From positions 64,001 to 128,000 of the forward strand of contig CAVTQK010000013.1 of assembly GCA_963736855.1 (NCBI GenBank): 64,000 nucleotides of DNA, read 5' to 3'. The translations under genes and the position numbers were made by a program. The stretch is from an uncultured delta proteobacterium. GTDB lineage: Bacteria > Desulfobacterota > Desulfobacteria > Desulfobacterales > UBA2156. The notes beneath the pieces were generated by a model. That model had not been told where the DNA came from. It was given only the letters and a program-made list of their open reading frames with translations, and did no database searches. Below are positions 39,759 through 49,667 of this stretch, in pieces. Positions within the stretch are counted from its first letter, which is position 1. Every line of letters begins with the position of its first letter.

Positions 39759-41585
39759 ATGAGCGCCCCTATTCGAAACGAAAAGATTCGCAATATCGCC
39801 ATTATCGCCCACGTCGACCACGGCAAAACCACCCTGGTGGACGCCATGTTCCGCCAAAGCGGTCTTTTTAAAACCCACCAACCCGTGGATGAGCGGCTCA
39901 TGGACACCATGGATCTTGAGCGGGAGCGGGGCATCACCATCGCCGCCAAGAACTGCTCGGTGGGCTGGAAGGACATTCGCATCAACATCATCGATACCCC
40001 GGGTCACGCCGATTTCGGCGGCGAGGTGGAGCGGGCTCTCTCCATGGCAGACGGCGCCATCCTTCTGGTGGATGCATCGGAAGGGCCGCTGCCCCAGACC
40101 CGGTTCGTGCTCAAAAAAGCCCTGGAGGCGAGACTAAAGATCATCGTCGTCATCAACAAGATCGATCGCCAGGACGCCCGACCCGAAGAGGTGCTCGATG
40201 AAATATACGACCTTTTGATTGATCTGGATGCCACGGACGAACAGCTCGAGTTCCCGCTACTTTACGCCATCGGCAAGAAAGGGATCGCCAAAAAAAATCT
40301 GGACGGCGAAGAAGAACACCTCCATGCGCTTTTTGACACGATCCTTGAAGCGATCCCGGGCCCGTCTCACGATCCGCAGGCGCCCTTTCAGATGCTGGTC
40401 TCTGACTTAGGCTATTCCGATTACCTCGGCCGGCTGGCCGTGGGCAAGATCTTTAACGGCACCGCGCACTTTCGGGACAACCTCGTGTGTATGGGAGAAA
40501 GGGGACAGGTGACGCCGCTCAAGGTTTCCAAGCTTCAGGTCTACCGCGGGATGACCCTAGAGGACGCGGAGTCGGTGGAGTCCGGTGACATTGTGGTTCT
40601 TGCCGGCGTTTCCAATGTCATGATCGGGGATACTATCTGCAATCAGGAGGACCCCCGGGCCCTTCCCCAGATTCGGGTCGACGAACCCACCGTGAGTATG
40701 AAATTCACCGTGAACAATTCGCCTTTCGGGGGTAAAGAAGGCAAATATGTGCAGTCTAGCCGGCTTCGTGAGCGCCTGTTAAAGGAGACCCTCCGGAACG
40801 TTGCTATTCAAGTGGACGCCTCGGGCGATCGGGACAGCACCGTGGTGAAGGGTCGGGGGGAATTTCAGCTCGCCATCCTCATCGAAACCATGCGCCGGGA
40901 AGGCTATGAATTCTGCGCGGGCCGTCCCGAGGTTATTTTCCGGGAGGTGGACGGAAAAAGACACGAACCCCTCGAGCGGTTATTCTTGGACTGCGAGGAG
41001 TTCTTTCTCGGGGTGATGACTGAGAAAATCTCACTCAGAAAAGGTAAGATGCTCAACTTTGTCAACAACGGCAAGGGACGGGTGCGAATCGAATTTTCCG
41101 TACCCTCCCGGGCACTTATCGGTTATCGGGACGAATTCTTAACCGACACCCGGGGCACAGGCATCATGCACTCTCTTTTCGACGGTTACGGGGAGTACCG
41201 CGGCGATTACCCGAGCCGCTTCACCGGTTCCTTGGTGTCGGACCGCTCCGGCACCGCAGTGCCCTATGCCCTTTTTAACCTCGAACCCCGTGGACGCTTG
41301 TTCATCGTGCCCGGAGACCCGGTCTACGAAGGGATGATCATCGGCGAGCACAACCGGGGGCAGGATTTGAACGTGAACCCTTGCAAGGAGAAAAAACTTA
41401 CCAACATGCGGGCCGCGGGAAAGGACGACAACGTGCTGCTCTCGCCCATCAAGCCCATGACCCTGGAGCAGGCCATCAGCTTCATCCGGGAAGACGAACT
41501 GGTGGAGGTGACCCCCCTTTCCATTCGCATGAGAAAAGTAACGCTTTCGGCCCAGCAGCGTTACACCCAGCGGCCGCGGGCTTAA
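39759..41585 (+). CDS. typA: Translational GTPase TypA/BipA
   Basis: [61 protein letters not shown]. Confidence 0.97.
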   Translation: MSAPIRNEKIRNIAIIAHVDHGKTTLVDAMFRQSGLFKTHQPVDERLMDTMDLERERGITIAAKNCSVGWKDIRINIIDTPGHADFGGEVERALSMADGAILLVDASEGPLPQTRFVLKKALEARLKIIVVINKIDRQDARPEEVLDEIYDLLIDLDATDEQLEFPLLYAIGKKGIAKKNLDGEEEHLHALFDTILEAIPGPSHDPQAPFQMLVSDLGYSDYLGRLAVGKIFNGTAHFRDNLVCMGERGQVTPLKVSKLQVYRGMTLEDAESVESGDIVVLAGVSNVMIGDTICNQEDPRALPQIRVDEPTVSMKFTVNNSPFGGKEGKYVQSSRLRERLLKETLRNVAIQVDASGDRDSTVVKGRGEFQLAILIETMRREGYEFCAGRPEVIFREVDGKRHEPLERLFLDCEEFFLGVMTEKISLRKGKMLNFVNNGKGRVRIEFSVPSRALIGYRDEFLTDTRGTGIMHSLFDGYGEYRGDYPSRFTGSLVSDRSGTAVPYALFNLEPRGRLFIVPGDPVYEGMIIGEHNRGQDLNVNPCKEKKLTNMRAAGKDDNVLLSPIKPMTLEQAISFIREDELVEVTPLSIRMRKVTLSAQQRYTQRPRA

Positions 41586-41674
41586 AACGGGTAGAGAAAA
41601 CCCCTTGACCCGGTCGCCTGTTTGCCCTCACCCCCAAGCCGGCTACCCCACACATTTGGCTTCTAAAAAAGATA

Positions 41675-42110
41675 AGTGTTTGAGTGTTTTTCTAGTCACA
41701 TCCGGATCTTCGATAAACGCGACCACCCGCATTTTTTCCTGGCACTTGGGGCAGATCAGGGGATCGACCTCATATATTTTTTGGATCAGGTGGGACCAGC
41801 TTTTTCGGAACTGAACATTAATATCCGTAATACCGGACCATCTGTTCGCCCTTATTGGGAATATGACTGGTCATCGCGGCCAGTGTTTATATCACGTTTG
41901 CGGAGCAATTCCAGAGCGTCAAACACAGGGGTATTTCGGCCGTCCTTGGATTGATGGACTACAGATCCGGCTTCTGGAACGTAAGTCATCCGTTCCTGGG
42001 AGAACGATGCCCGGATGATGTACCTTGCAAGGTTTCCCATGGACGTCTTATCCCGCGGGAGGATTCTTTTGCCGCAATTAGGTATTGAATCCGGTATGCC
42101 GCCATTTATC
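41675..42110 (-). pseudogene. IS91-family (Y2 rolling-circle) transposase remnant, copy 1
   Basis: NLARYIIRASFSQERMTY...SKDG....FDALE; IPNKGEQMVRYYGY; WSHLIQKIYEVDPLICPKC..KMRVVAFIED across frames. Confidence 0.8.
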
Positions 42111-42324
42111 CGGAAGCGCGATCATACCAACTTAGACGTTGCAATTTTGTTTAAAATATGTAATAAATTTAAATGATATTTGAATGGGATCCGATCAAAA
42201 ATGATTCTGACAAGAAAAAACACGGGATCGATTTTGAATCGGCCAAATCTTTATGGAATGATCCGGATCGAATTGAAATCTTGACGCTTTATCCTGTCGA
42301 GGATCGGTATATCCTAATAGGCAA
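41934..42324 (+). repeat. 391-bp direct repeat, copy 1 (IS91 remnant + 5' brnT)
   Basis: Aligns base by base with 49794-50345 once the 39-bp and 122-bp insertions are removed (391+39+122=552). Confidence 0.92.
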
Positions 42325-42397
42325 TACCTCTTTTGAAAAGGATATTGAAAACATTAAGAAGGATATCACCGCCATCTTCAAAAAAGATATTTTCTGA
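42173..42397 (+). pseudogene. Truncated BrnT toxin copy with an unrelated C-terminus and no antitoxin
   Basis: Nearly identical to 50194 up to YILIG, then diverges; lacks RIISVR. Confidence 0.8.
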
Positions 42398-42414
42398 CCT
42401 TATTCGGAGGGAAA

Positions 42415-43223
42415 ATGAGACTACTTTCTGCTTTGGTAATTGCTGCGCTATGGGTCACGAACGCGCAGGCCCTTCCCCCGCTCTCCCTACACTCTTTCAG
42501 CCCATCCGTCGGGTGGGTGGGAACGGTAAACAATCCTGAAAGCGGCACACACATACAAATAAAATAAAAGGCAGCGGCTTTGATTCGGTCGCGGCCAACA
42601 ATGAAGTCCGCTTCACAGACTCCTCTGGCTATCCTAAAGTGAAAGCCAAGGTGAAATGGGTATTTACGAAAGGGACCATTTATGAGGCGGGCGGCCTGAT
42701 TGGATCGCCTGGGAAAGGGCCGGGGGAATTCACCAATCCACGGGGCATTGCTGTCGATAATGCCGGTTCGGTCTATGTGGTTGATGTTCAAAACCGAAAC
42801 ATCCAGGTATTCGACGAAAAGGGGAAGTATTCCTTCCAGATCGGCAATGGTTTTTTTAACCGTCCCTGGAGCGTTGCCGTAGACAAGAACAAAAATGTCT
42901 ACGTATCGGATTGGCAGAATGCGCAATACGGTAGCGGCATCGCCAAGTTCGATAAAACCGGGACCTTGCTTAAGTTCTTTAAGGGCGGCGGCGCTCTTAC
43001 CGATACGCCTGATCTGGTAGTGGATGCCCAGGAGGCGATCTATGTGATTAACCAGGAATTCAGTAAAGCCTCATTCATCAAGATCGATGCCCAGGAGCAA
43101 GTGATCTTCAACCTGCCGGGCCCTTTTTGGCATCCCTTTCTGCTTCTGGCGGGAATAGCGCTGCATCCATCAGGAGGGCTGCCGTACCTTTCCGATCGCA
43201 ATTCGGAGCGTGTGTACGAGTAA
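42415..43223 (+). pseudogene. Secreted IPT/TIG-like + NHL-repeat protein, frameshifted and apparently truncated
   Basis: SD GGAGG, MRLLSALVIAALWVTNAQA signal, ...IQIK|GSGFDSVAANNEVRF (5-bp duplication in AAATAAAATAAAAG near 42560); NHL repeats GEFTNPRGIAVDNAGSVYVVD..NRNIQVFD and FNRPWSVAVD. Confidence 0.7.
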
Positions 43224-43340
43224 CAAAGGGCGGGAAATCCTCGACCGGGTCCGGCGGGACTGGCAGCGCGCCGTGCGATTGTGAGGGGCGAATCAACCCG
43301 TCGGCAATAAATGGCCGTTTTTGTTCTGTGGAGGACCTTC

Positions 43341-46019
43341 ATGAAAAGGTCAATCATCATCCTGGGTTTTCTGGTCTTCGTTTTTCATGTAAACTTGACC
43401 GGTATGTCCCACGCCCAACGGGGGCAGGGAAGTCGGGATCCCGTGCTCTGGAACGATGCCGCCGACGTGTGGCGCGGCAAGTATTCACCGGAGGATCTGC
43501 CCCGGTGGGAAAGCAGGCTGGAGCAGCTCAAGTCCAATGACAACGCCGTGGCCCTGTGTCACAACGTCATCGGCGTCATATACCAGAACGAGGGAGATCT
43601 CATAAGCGCATTGAAGCATCTCAATCAGTCCCTGGAAATCACACGGAAAATCGGATTGGACAAGCTGACGGCAAGGAGTCTCATGTGGAGCGGCATCGTA
43701 TACTGGGACATAGGAAAAGGCGAGGAGGCACTCAAGAGCCTGACGGAATCCGTGGAGATCGCCCAGCGGTTGGGCAGCATAGGCATAGCCGGGACTTCGT
43801 TTCACATGCTGAGCCAAATTGCGCGAGGCAGGGGGCGCTACCGGGAGGCGATGCAATACGCGGAGCAGGCCACGCAGATCGCGAAGGACCAGGGAAACGA
43901 CATGCTCATGATGCTTTCCCTGTTCGACATCGGCATGATCCACCGGTATCAGGGGAATCTTGAGAAGTCCTCGGACTATTTGAGCCGGTCCCTGGAGCTT
44001 GCCAGGAAACTGAACAACCGGAAATGGTCGGCCTTCAACCTTGGAGAACTGGGGGATATTTGTTCGCGCCGGGGAGACCACAAGTGCGCAGCCGAGAATT
44101 ACCAGCAGGCAATCGATTTCTTCGGGGCCTTAGGCAACAAGAAGGGCCTGGCTCAGACCTACAACAAGATGGGCGGATCCCATCTCCGTTTGCAGTCGAT
44201 AAAACCTGCGCTTGCCTGTTTCGAGAAGTCCCACGACCTCGCCAAGGAAATAGGGATGAAGTCCCTTGTGGCACATACGTCTCTCAACATGGGAAGGGCT
44301 TACGACCGGATGGGGAGACCGGAGGACGCCCTGTCCAAGACGGATGAGGCCATCGCTTTATACCGGGAGATCGATATCCCGGACCTGCTCAGGGAGTCCT
44401 ACTTCATTAAAGGGGTCGTGCTGGAACGGAAGGGCGACATCCCCGGTGCGGAGAGAAACTACAAGGAATCGGTGAAGGTGCTCGAGACTCTCCGCCAGGA
44501 TGTGGCCGGGGGCGAGGAGGAGATGCTCGCCTTTGTGGAAATGAGGGGGAAGGCCTATCAGAAACTGATCGCCATCCTCCTGAAACAGGGGAAGGCCGCC
44601 GAGGCTTTGGAGTATCTGGAGCGGAGTCGATTGCGAAAGCTCAGGGACCAGTTCGATCAATTGGTGCCCAAACTCGGAGACGAAAAGGAGGAAAAGGCAA
44701 AGGCCAGAGAGAAAGAACTCAGGGAGGAGATCGAGGGCGCCAGGACTCAGCTCGTGGAGGAAAAGTCGAAGCCGAAAGAGGTTCAGGACGCGGGGAAAAT
44801 ATCCCAACTGGAAACCCAGCTGGGCGAGAGGCGGCGGCAGTACATTGAATACATCAACGACCTGAGGGACAAGTTCCCGGAACTCGCATCCCTTCTGGCC
44901 ATCCAGCCCGACAGCCTGATCGACCTCCAAAGCATCCTCCCACCCCAGGCGGCGATCCTTCAGTATCTGATCCTGGAGGAGGCATTGTACGCCTTCATCG
45001 TCACCCGCGACTCCGTTTCCCACAGGGAAATAAAGGTGTCCCAGGGGGATCTGGAGGGGAGGATCGATTTTTTCAGGAGCCTCCTGATGAACCCTCAGAT
45101 CCCCTTGAACGCGGGGCCCCTGGAGCCCAAGACCCTGAGGCCGAAGGACCGAGGCCACTCCGATGCCTATGAGATGTTCATCAGCCCCTTTCTCAAGGCC
45201 TCCCAGGAACTCTACCGTCTCCTCATCAAACCCTTGGAGGCAGAGCTCTCGCAAGTCCGGCTTCTGGGCATCATCCCCAATGGAAAGCTGCACCTCCTCC
45301 CCTTTCAGGCCCTGGGGGAGACGAATTCCCAGGGCGAGTTCCGGTTCCTCCTGGAGAGCAAGTCCATCTTCTACCTGAACAGCCAGTCCATATTGAAGTT
45401 CGCCCAGAAGAGGGCCAAGGAGATCGGAGACAAGGGCACCCTCCTCGCCTTCGGCAACCCGGACAGTTCTCTCAAACACGCTGGGGAAGAGATCGATCTC
45501 ATCAAGCGGATCTTCACCCCGGCCAAGGTCTATCTCGGCCCGGACGCCACCGAGGACAAGGCCAAGACGGAGCTGGCAGGGTTCAACATCCTGCACTTCG
45601 CCACCCACGGAAAAATGAAGGGAAATATCAAGGAGTCCTATATTCTCTTAGCCCCCTCGGCCGACGGCAAAGAGGACGGGAAGCTCTTCCTGAAGGAAAT
45701 ATGGGGACTTCCCCTGCTGGGGTATCAACTGGTCACCCTTTCCGCCTGCGAGACGGCCATGGGTAAAGAGGCCTCCGGGGATGTCATGGTGAGCCTGGAA
45801 ACGGCCTTTCTCCGGGCCGGGACTCCCACCATATTGGCCTCCCTCTGGGCGGTCGACGACCAGGCAACGGGGATACTGATGAAGACCTTTTATGACAACG
45901 TGACAAAACAGGGAAAAGCGGAGGCGCTGAGGACTGCCCAGGCGGCCCTCCTGAGCGACCCGCGATACGCATATCCTTATTATTGGGCGCCTTTCATCGT
46001 AGTCGGCGATTGGCGATAG
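43341..46019 (+). CDS. Signal-peptide TPR-CHAT (caspase-like) protease
   Basis: SD GGAGG; MKRSIIILGFLVFVFHVNLTGMSHAQ; roughly 8 TPRs; EALEYLERSR; IIPNGKLHLLPFQAL; LHFATHG (His); LVTLSACETA (Cys); ASLWAVDD; PYYWAPFIVVG. Confidence 0.93.
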   Translation: MKRSIIILGFLVFVFHVNLTGMSHAQRGQGSRDPVLWNDAADVWRGKYSPEDLPRWESRLEQLKSNDNAVALCHNVIGVIYQNEGDLISALKHLNQSLEITRKIGLDKLTARSLMWSGIVYWDIGKGEEALKSLTESVEIAQRLGSIGIAGTSFHMLSQIARGRGRYREAMQYAEQATQIAKDQGNDMLMMLSLFDIGMIHRYQGNLEKSSDYLSRSLELARKLNNRKWSAFNLGELGDICSRRGDHKCAAENYQQAIDFFGALGNKKGLAQTYNKMGGSHLRLQSIKPALACFEKSHDLAKEIGMKSLVAHTSLNMGRAYDRMGRPEDALSKTDEAIALYREIDIPDLLRESYFIKGVVLERKGDIPGAERNYKESVKVLETLRQDVAGGEEEMLAFVEMRGKAYQKLIAILLKQGKAAEALEYLERSRLRKLRDQFDQLVPKLGDEKEEKAKAREKELREEIEGARTQLVEEKSKPKEVQDAGKISQLETQLGERRRQYIEYINDLRDKFPELASLLAIQPDSLIDLQSILPPQAAILQYLILEEALYAFIVTRDSVSHREIKVSQGDLEGRIDFFRSLLMNPQIPLNAGPLEPKTLRPKDRGHSDAYEMFISPFLKASQELYRLLIKPLEAELSQVRLLGIIPNGKLHLLPFQALGETNSQGEFRFLLESKSIFYLNSQSILKFAQKRAKEIGDKGTLLAFGNPDSSLKHAGEEIDLIKRIFTPAKVYLGPDATEDKAKTELAGFNILHFATHGKMKGNIKESYILLAPSADGKEDGKLFLKEIWGLPLLGYQLVTLSACETAMGKEASGDVMVSLETAFLRAGTPTILASLWAVDDQATGILMKTFYDNVTKQGKAEALRTAQAALLSDPRYAYPYYWAPFIVVGDWR

Positions 46020-46056
46020 GAATCCGCTTAAGAATCCGCATCTACGGAGGTGAAAA

Positions 46057-47031
46057 ATGATGAGAAGGATTAACGCCGTCACTCTCGCCTGCGCCCTTTC
46101 CATCATGACGGGAGCTTTTTCACCGGCCTTTGGAACCGATGCCCTTGCCCTGATCAGTTCCATTGCCGGAAAAGTGGAATTCCAGCGGGCCGGCGAGCAA
46201 AACTGGCGCACAGCCCGCATGGGAGATTCCTTGTTCGAAGGGGACGTCCTGCAAACCCATGACCGTTCAAAGGCATCCCTGTTCTTCTCCAGCGGCTCCA
46301 TCGTGACCCTCCAGCCCAGGAGCCGCCTGGCGCTTTCCCTGCGGGAAACGGACGGGAAGGGCGAAGCCTCACGGGTCGCCTCCGTTTCTAAGGGAGTGAT
46401 GGAAGGGATAGGGGGGATCTTCTCAGCAGAAAAAAAACGGGAGACGCTGACCGCTGTCCCGGGCATTCGAAAGCAGGTCGAGGAAGCGGAAGCAGGCGTA
46501 AGGGTCATATATCCGCGAAACAGCGCGATCCTGGATCCGCCGCCTCATTTCCGCTGGGACATGCGGGGAAAGGATCAGATGGTCATGGTTTCCCTGACAA
46601 TCAAGGGAATGGGAGGCAGGCTCTGGTCCCTCAACACCAGAGACGCAGGGATCCCCTATCCGAAGGATCAAAAACAACTGGAGCGTGGGCAAACCTATTT
46701 CGTAAGGGTCGAAAGCGCGGACGATTCCAGCGCCTCCGAGGAGGTGTATTTCAGGGTACTGGATGACAGGAGCGCCGAGGAGGTGAGACGCATGGTGACC
46801 CAGATGGAAGAACTCCGGAAATCCAATCCAGATGACACCACACCCGAATTTATTCTTGCCGTGTTCTGCAGGAACAAAGGGCTGTATCATATGGCCATGG
46901 AGCGTCTTGACGGATTGGAGTTGAAAAACCCGAAGGACCGCTTCGTGCTGGATGAAAAGAAGGAGATCTTCGCAAAGATAGGCCTATGGAAGAACTGGGA
47001 AGAGGTGAACCGGAAACTCGCCGCCCAGTAG
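46057..47031 (+). CDS. Exported protein with a FecR-like N-terminal domain and a DUF928-like C-terminal domain
   Basis: Signal peptide; GKVEFQR...GDSLFEGDVLQT..RSKASLFFSSGSIVTLQPRSRL (FecR-like); PHFRW...IPYP....LERGQTYFVRV...KGLYHMAMERL (DUF928-like). Confidence 0.72.
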   Translation: MMRRINAVTLACALSIMTGAFSPAFGTDALALISSIAGKVEFQRAGEQNWRTARMGDSLFEGDVLQTHDRSKASLFFSSGSIVTLQPRSRLALSLRETDGKGEASRVASVSKGVMEGIGGIFSAEKKRETLTAVPGIRKQVEEAEAGVRVIYPRNSAILDPPPHFRWDMRGKDQMVMVSLTIKGMGGRLWSLNTRDAGIPYPKDQKQLERGQTYFVRVESADDSSASEEVYFRVLDDRSAEEVRRMVTQMEELRKSNPDDTTPEFILAVFCRNKGLYHMAMERLDGLELKNPKDRFVLDEKKEIFAKIGLWKNWEEVNRKLAAQ

Positions 47032-47090
47032 GAAAGGGCTCGTATCTTTACACCTATCAACCCTCGCAGAATAGTGGCGAGTTGGATATA

Positions 47091-47226
47091 AAAATCCCTC
47101 CCGGCCTCCCCCTTCGACAAGCCCTTCGGTCGTGAGCCTCAGGGTCGAACGACTCAGGGCGAGCCGCATTGAAAAGGGAGGAGAACATACCCCTCTTTAG
47201 CAAAGAGGGGTCATGGGAGGTTTTTT
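47091..47226. repeat. Nested REP-like palindromes
   Basis: Outer AAAATCCCTCCC...CCCCTCTTTAGCAAAGAGGGG...GGGAGGTTTTTT interrupted by CCTTCGACAAGC[CCTTCGGTCGTGAGCCTCAGGGTCGAACGA]CTCAGGGCGAGCCG. Confidence 0.6.
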
Positions 47227-47313
47227 GAAACATACCCGTTCAATTATGAGACGGGTAATATGATCTGGCGGTATCACTCCTGCTTCGTAACCGGCCTCTA
47301 CAGAGAGCGCAGC

Positions 47314-49167
47314 ATGGCGGATCTTACGATTTATTCCAAAAGGCGACTTTTCATCATCGGCCTTATCATCGGAACCGGTGTCACCCTTGCGATGTTAATG
47401 CTCTTCACAAAGGGCGCCTTTGACTTCCTGGAAAACAGGTCCATCGATTGGAGATTCCTGATGCGGGGGGAGATCGAGGCGGACTCCCGAATCGTCGTTG
47501 TCTCCATCGATGAGACCTCATTTGCCGAATTGAACAGGAATTGGCCATGGCCCAGGACCTATTTTGCCCAATTCATCGATCGACTGCATCAAGAAGGGGC
47601 GAAGACGATCGGCATCGATATCATCATGAGCGAACCTGATCCTGGGGATGAGGATCTGGCCGCGTCGGCAAGGTCACTCGGAAGTGTCATCTTCAACAGC
47701 AAGTTCGAGGAGACGACCCGGAGGGTGACATGGAAGGGAAAGGAGGTCGAACTCAGAGAGGAAGTGCTCAAAGGGCCTACGGAAAGCATTTCCGGATCGG
47801 GCGATGTGGGATACCTCAATCTTCCCCAGGACGGCGATGGCTTCGTGCGCAGGTTTGCCCCGGTTCGGCCCCACCAGGACCAACTCTACGCCTCCTTCGC
47901 CCTGAAAATCACAGCCCGCTTCCTGGAAATCCCACTGGGCGATCTGAGATATTTTCCCTTCCATCGCCTCGAAGTCGGGACCCGATTCATCCCCCTGAAC
48001 CACGATGACACAACATATATCAATTACGCGGGGCCTGCGGGGAAATTCAAGAGGGTATCCTTTTATCAGGTTCTGAAGGGGCTCCACGAGCCCGACTTTT
48101 TCAAGGAAAAAATCGTTTTGATCGGGCCTGCGTTTCTGGACTCCAAGGACTTCTTTTTCACCCCCTTTATGGAGACGAAGAAGGGGAAGAAGTATCCCCT
48201 GTTCGGCGTCGAGATTCAAGCCAATATAGTCAACAACATCCTCAAAGGAAGCTTCATCCAGCCTCTGCATCCCCTCCTCCAAAGGCTTATCCTTTTCCTC
48301 GGCGGTATGCTCCTGACGGTTCTCTCCCTGAGGCTGACGCCCCTGAAAGGGGCCTTTTCGGTCTCCCTGATCATCATCGCCTATGGCATCTGCTGCATAT
48401 GGCTCTTCGCCAAGGACATCCTTGCGCCGGCAGCAGCTCCCGTGTTGACCTTCGCCGCTGTTTTTTTCTCCCTCTCTGTTTTCAGGTATTTCACCGAGGA
48501 GAGAGAAAAGAGGCGGATCCGAGGCATGTTCCAGAAATATGTCTCACCGGGTGTCGCAGACAAGCTGATCGAAGATCCGAAGCAATTGCGGCTGGGAGGG
48601 GAGAAGCGGGACCTGACCGTGCTCTTTTCGGATATCCGGGGGTTTACCTCCATCTCCGAACGAATGACCCCTGAGGAGATATTGAAGCTGCTGAACGGGT
48701 ATCTCACCGAGATGACCGACGTTGTCCTAAGAAACGGCGGCATGCTGGACAAGTACATAGGCGATGCAGTGATGGCCGTGTTCGGGGCCCCCCTGGAGGT
48801 GGAAAATCATGCGCTCCTGGCCTGCAGGACGGCCGTTGAGATGATGGAAGAACTCAGGGTTCTGCAGCGGGAATGGGCGGGCGAGGCAAGGCCGGTCCTG
48901 GATATCGGCATAGGGATAAACACCGGAGAAATGGTCATCGGCAACGTGGGCTCCCCCAAGCGGATGGACTACACGGTGATCGGTGACCATGTCAATCTGG
49001 CTTCCAGGCTCGAGGGGGTCAACAAGGAATTCTGCACGCACATCATCATCAGCGGATCAACATACGAGAGAGTGAAGGGAGCGGTTACGGTAAGGGCGCT
49101 TGGGGAAATCAGGGTGAAGGGAAAGGAAACCCCTGTGCCCATCTATGAACTCCTCGGCATGAAATGA
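47314..49167 (+). CDS. CHASE2-domain class III adenylate/guanylate cyclase
   Basis: IVVVSIDE....WPWPR, DGDGFVRR, GVEIQAN (CHASE2); 3 TM; VLFSDIRGFTSISE, LDKYIGDAVMA, IGIGINTG, DYTVIGDHVNLASRLEG, VKGK (K and D specificity residues are adenylyl-type). Confidence 0.94.
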   Translation: MADLTIYSKRRLFIIGLIIGTGVTLAMLMLFTKGAFDFLENRSIDWRFLMRGEIEADSRIVVVSIDETSFAELNRNWPWPRTYFAQFIDRLHQEGAKTIGIDIIMSEPDPGDEDLAASARSLGSVIFNSKFEETTRRVTWKGKEVELREEVLKGPTESISGSGDVGYLNLPQDGDGFVRRFAPVRPHQDQLYASFALKITARFLEIPLGDLRYFPFHRLEVGTRFIPLNHDDTTYINYAGPAGKFKRVSFYQVLKGLHEPDFFKEKIVLIGPAFLDSKDFFFTPFMETKKGKKYPLFGVEIQANIVNNILKGSFIQPLHPLLQRLILFLGGMLLTVLSLRLTPLKGAFSVSLIIIAYGICCIWLFAKDILAPAAAPVLTFAAVFFSLSVFRYFTEEREKRRIRGMFQKYVSPGVADKLIEDPKQLRLGGEKRDLTVLFSDIRGFTSISERMTPEEILKLLNGYLTEMTDVVLRNGGMLDKYIGDAVMAVFGAPLEVENHALLACRTAVEMMEELRVLQREWAGEARPVLDIGIGINTGEMVIGNVGSPKRMDYTVIGDHVNLASRLEGVNKEFCTHIIISGSTYERVKGAVTVRALGEIRVKGKETPVPIYELLGMK

Positions 49168-49168
49168 A

Positions 49169-49325
49169 GATGAATTCGTAAAAAGTTGTTACCCTGGTGA
49201 AGCTTGTCCCGGACTCCGATCCGGGAACCGGGGTCCAGAAGAATTTTAACTTGCTGATTTTACTGGATTCCGGCTTGTTCCGGAATGACGAAAAAACGAT
49301 TTCTTTGGCTTTTTACGAGTCCATC
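49169..49325. mobile_element. MITE type C with 7-bp TSD AAATGAA
   Basis: AAATGAA|GATGAATTCGTAAAAAG...CTTTTTACGAGTCCATC|AAATGAA; REP-like interior (CCGGGGTCCAG...CTGGATTCCGG...CCGGAATGAC). Confidence 0.85.
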
Positions 49326-49390
49326 AAATGAAGGGTCCGGCGGGAAAGGAGGCTCCCCTCTTCACAGCCGGAGGGCCTGCAACATCTCTT

Positions 49391-49558
49391 TCAACTGCTT
49401 CTCCGTGGGCCGAGCAGAGGCACCTGGAAATGGTCCTCGCGACTCCGGATAAAGTAGACGCGTCCCGGCCTTATGCGGGCTGGCCAGGTCCGAACCGGAC
49501 GAACCCCCTTGTCCTTCAGTAACGACGTCAGTTCGCGTCGCTCTTTCGGATATCGCAT
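49391..49558 (-). CDS. Small basic protein (55 aa)
   Basis: MRYPKERRELTSLLKDKGVRPVRTWPARIRPGRVYFIRSREDHFQVPLLGPRRSS*; SD AAGGAGG; upstream TTGTCG-N18-TATAAT. Confidence 0.5.
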   Translation of the reverse strand: MRYPKERRELTSLLKDKGVRPVRTWPARIRPGRVYFIRSREDHFQVPLLGPRRSS

Positions 49559-49667
49559 GATCAATCCTCCTTCACCCCCGTATGCTCAATTATAGAGGGA
49601 ATTGAATCATGCGACAACTACCCTGACACAGGGGGCAGGCAGGGCGGGTTAACTCCGGACCGATTTT

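Noticed and set aside
41586..41680. att duplication of the tRNA-Leu 3' end marking an integrase island
   Set aside because: No copy of the tRNA 3' sequence and no integrase found.
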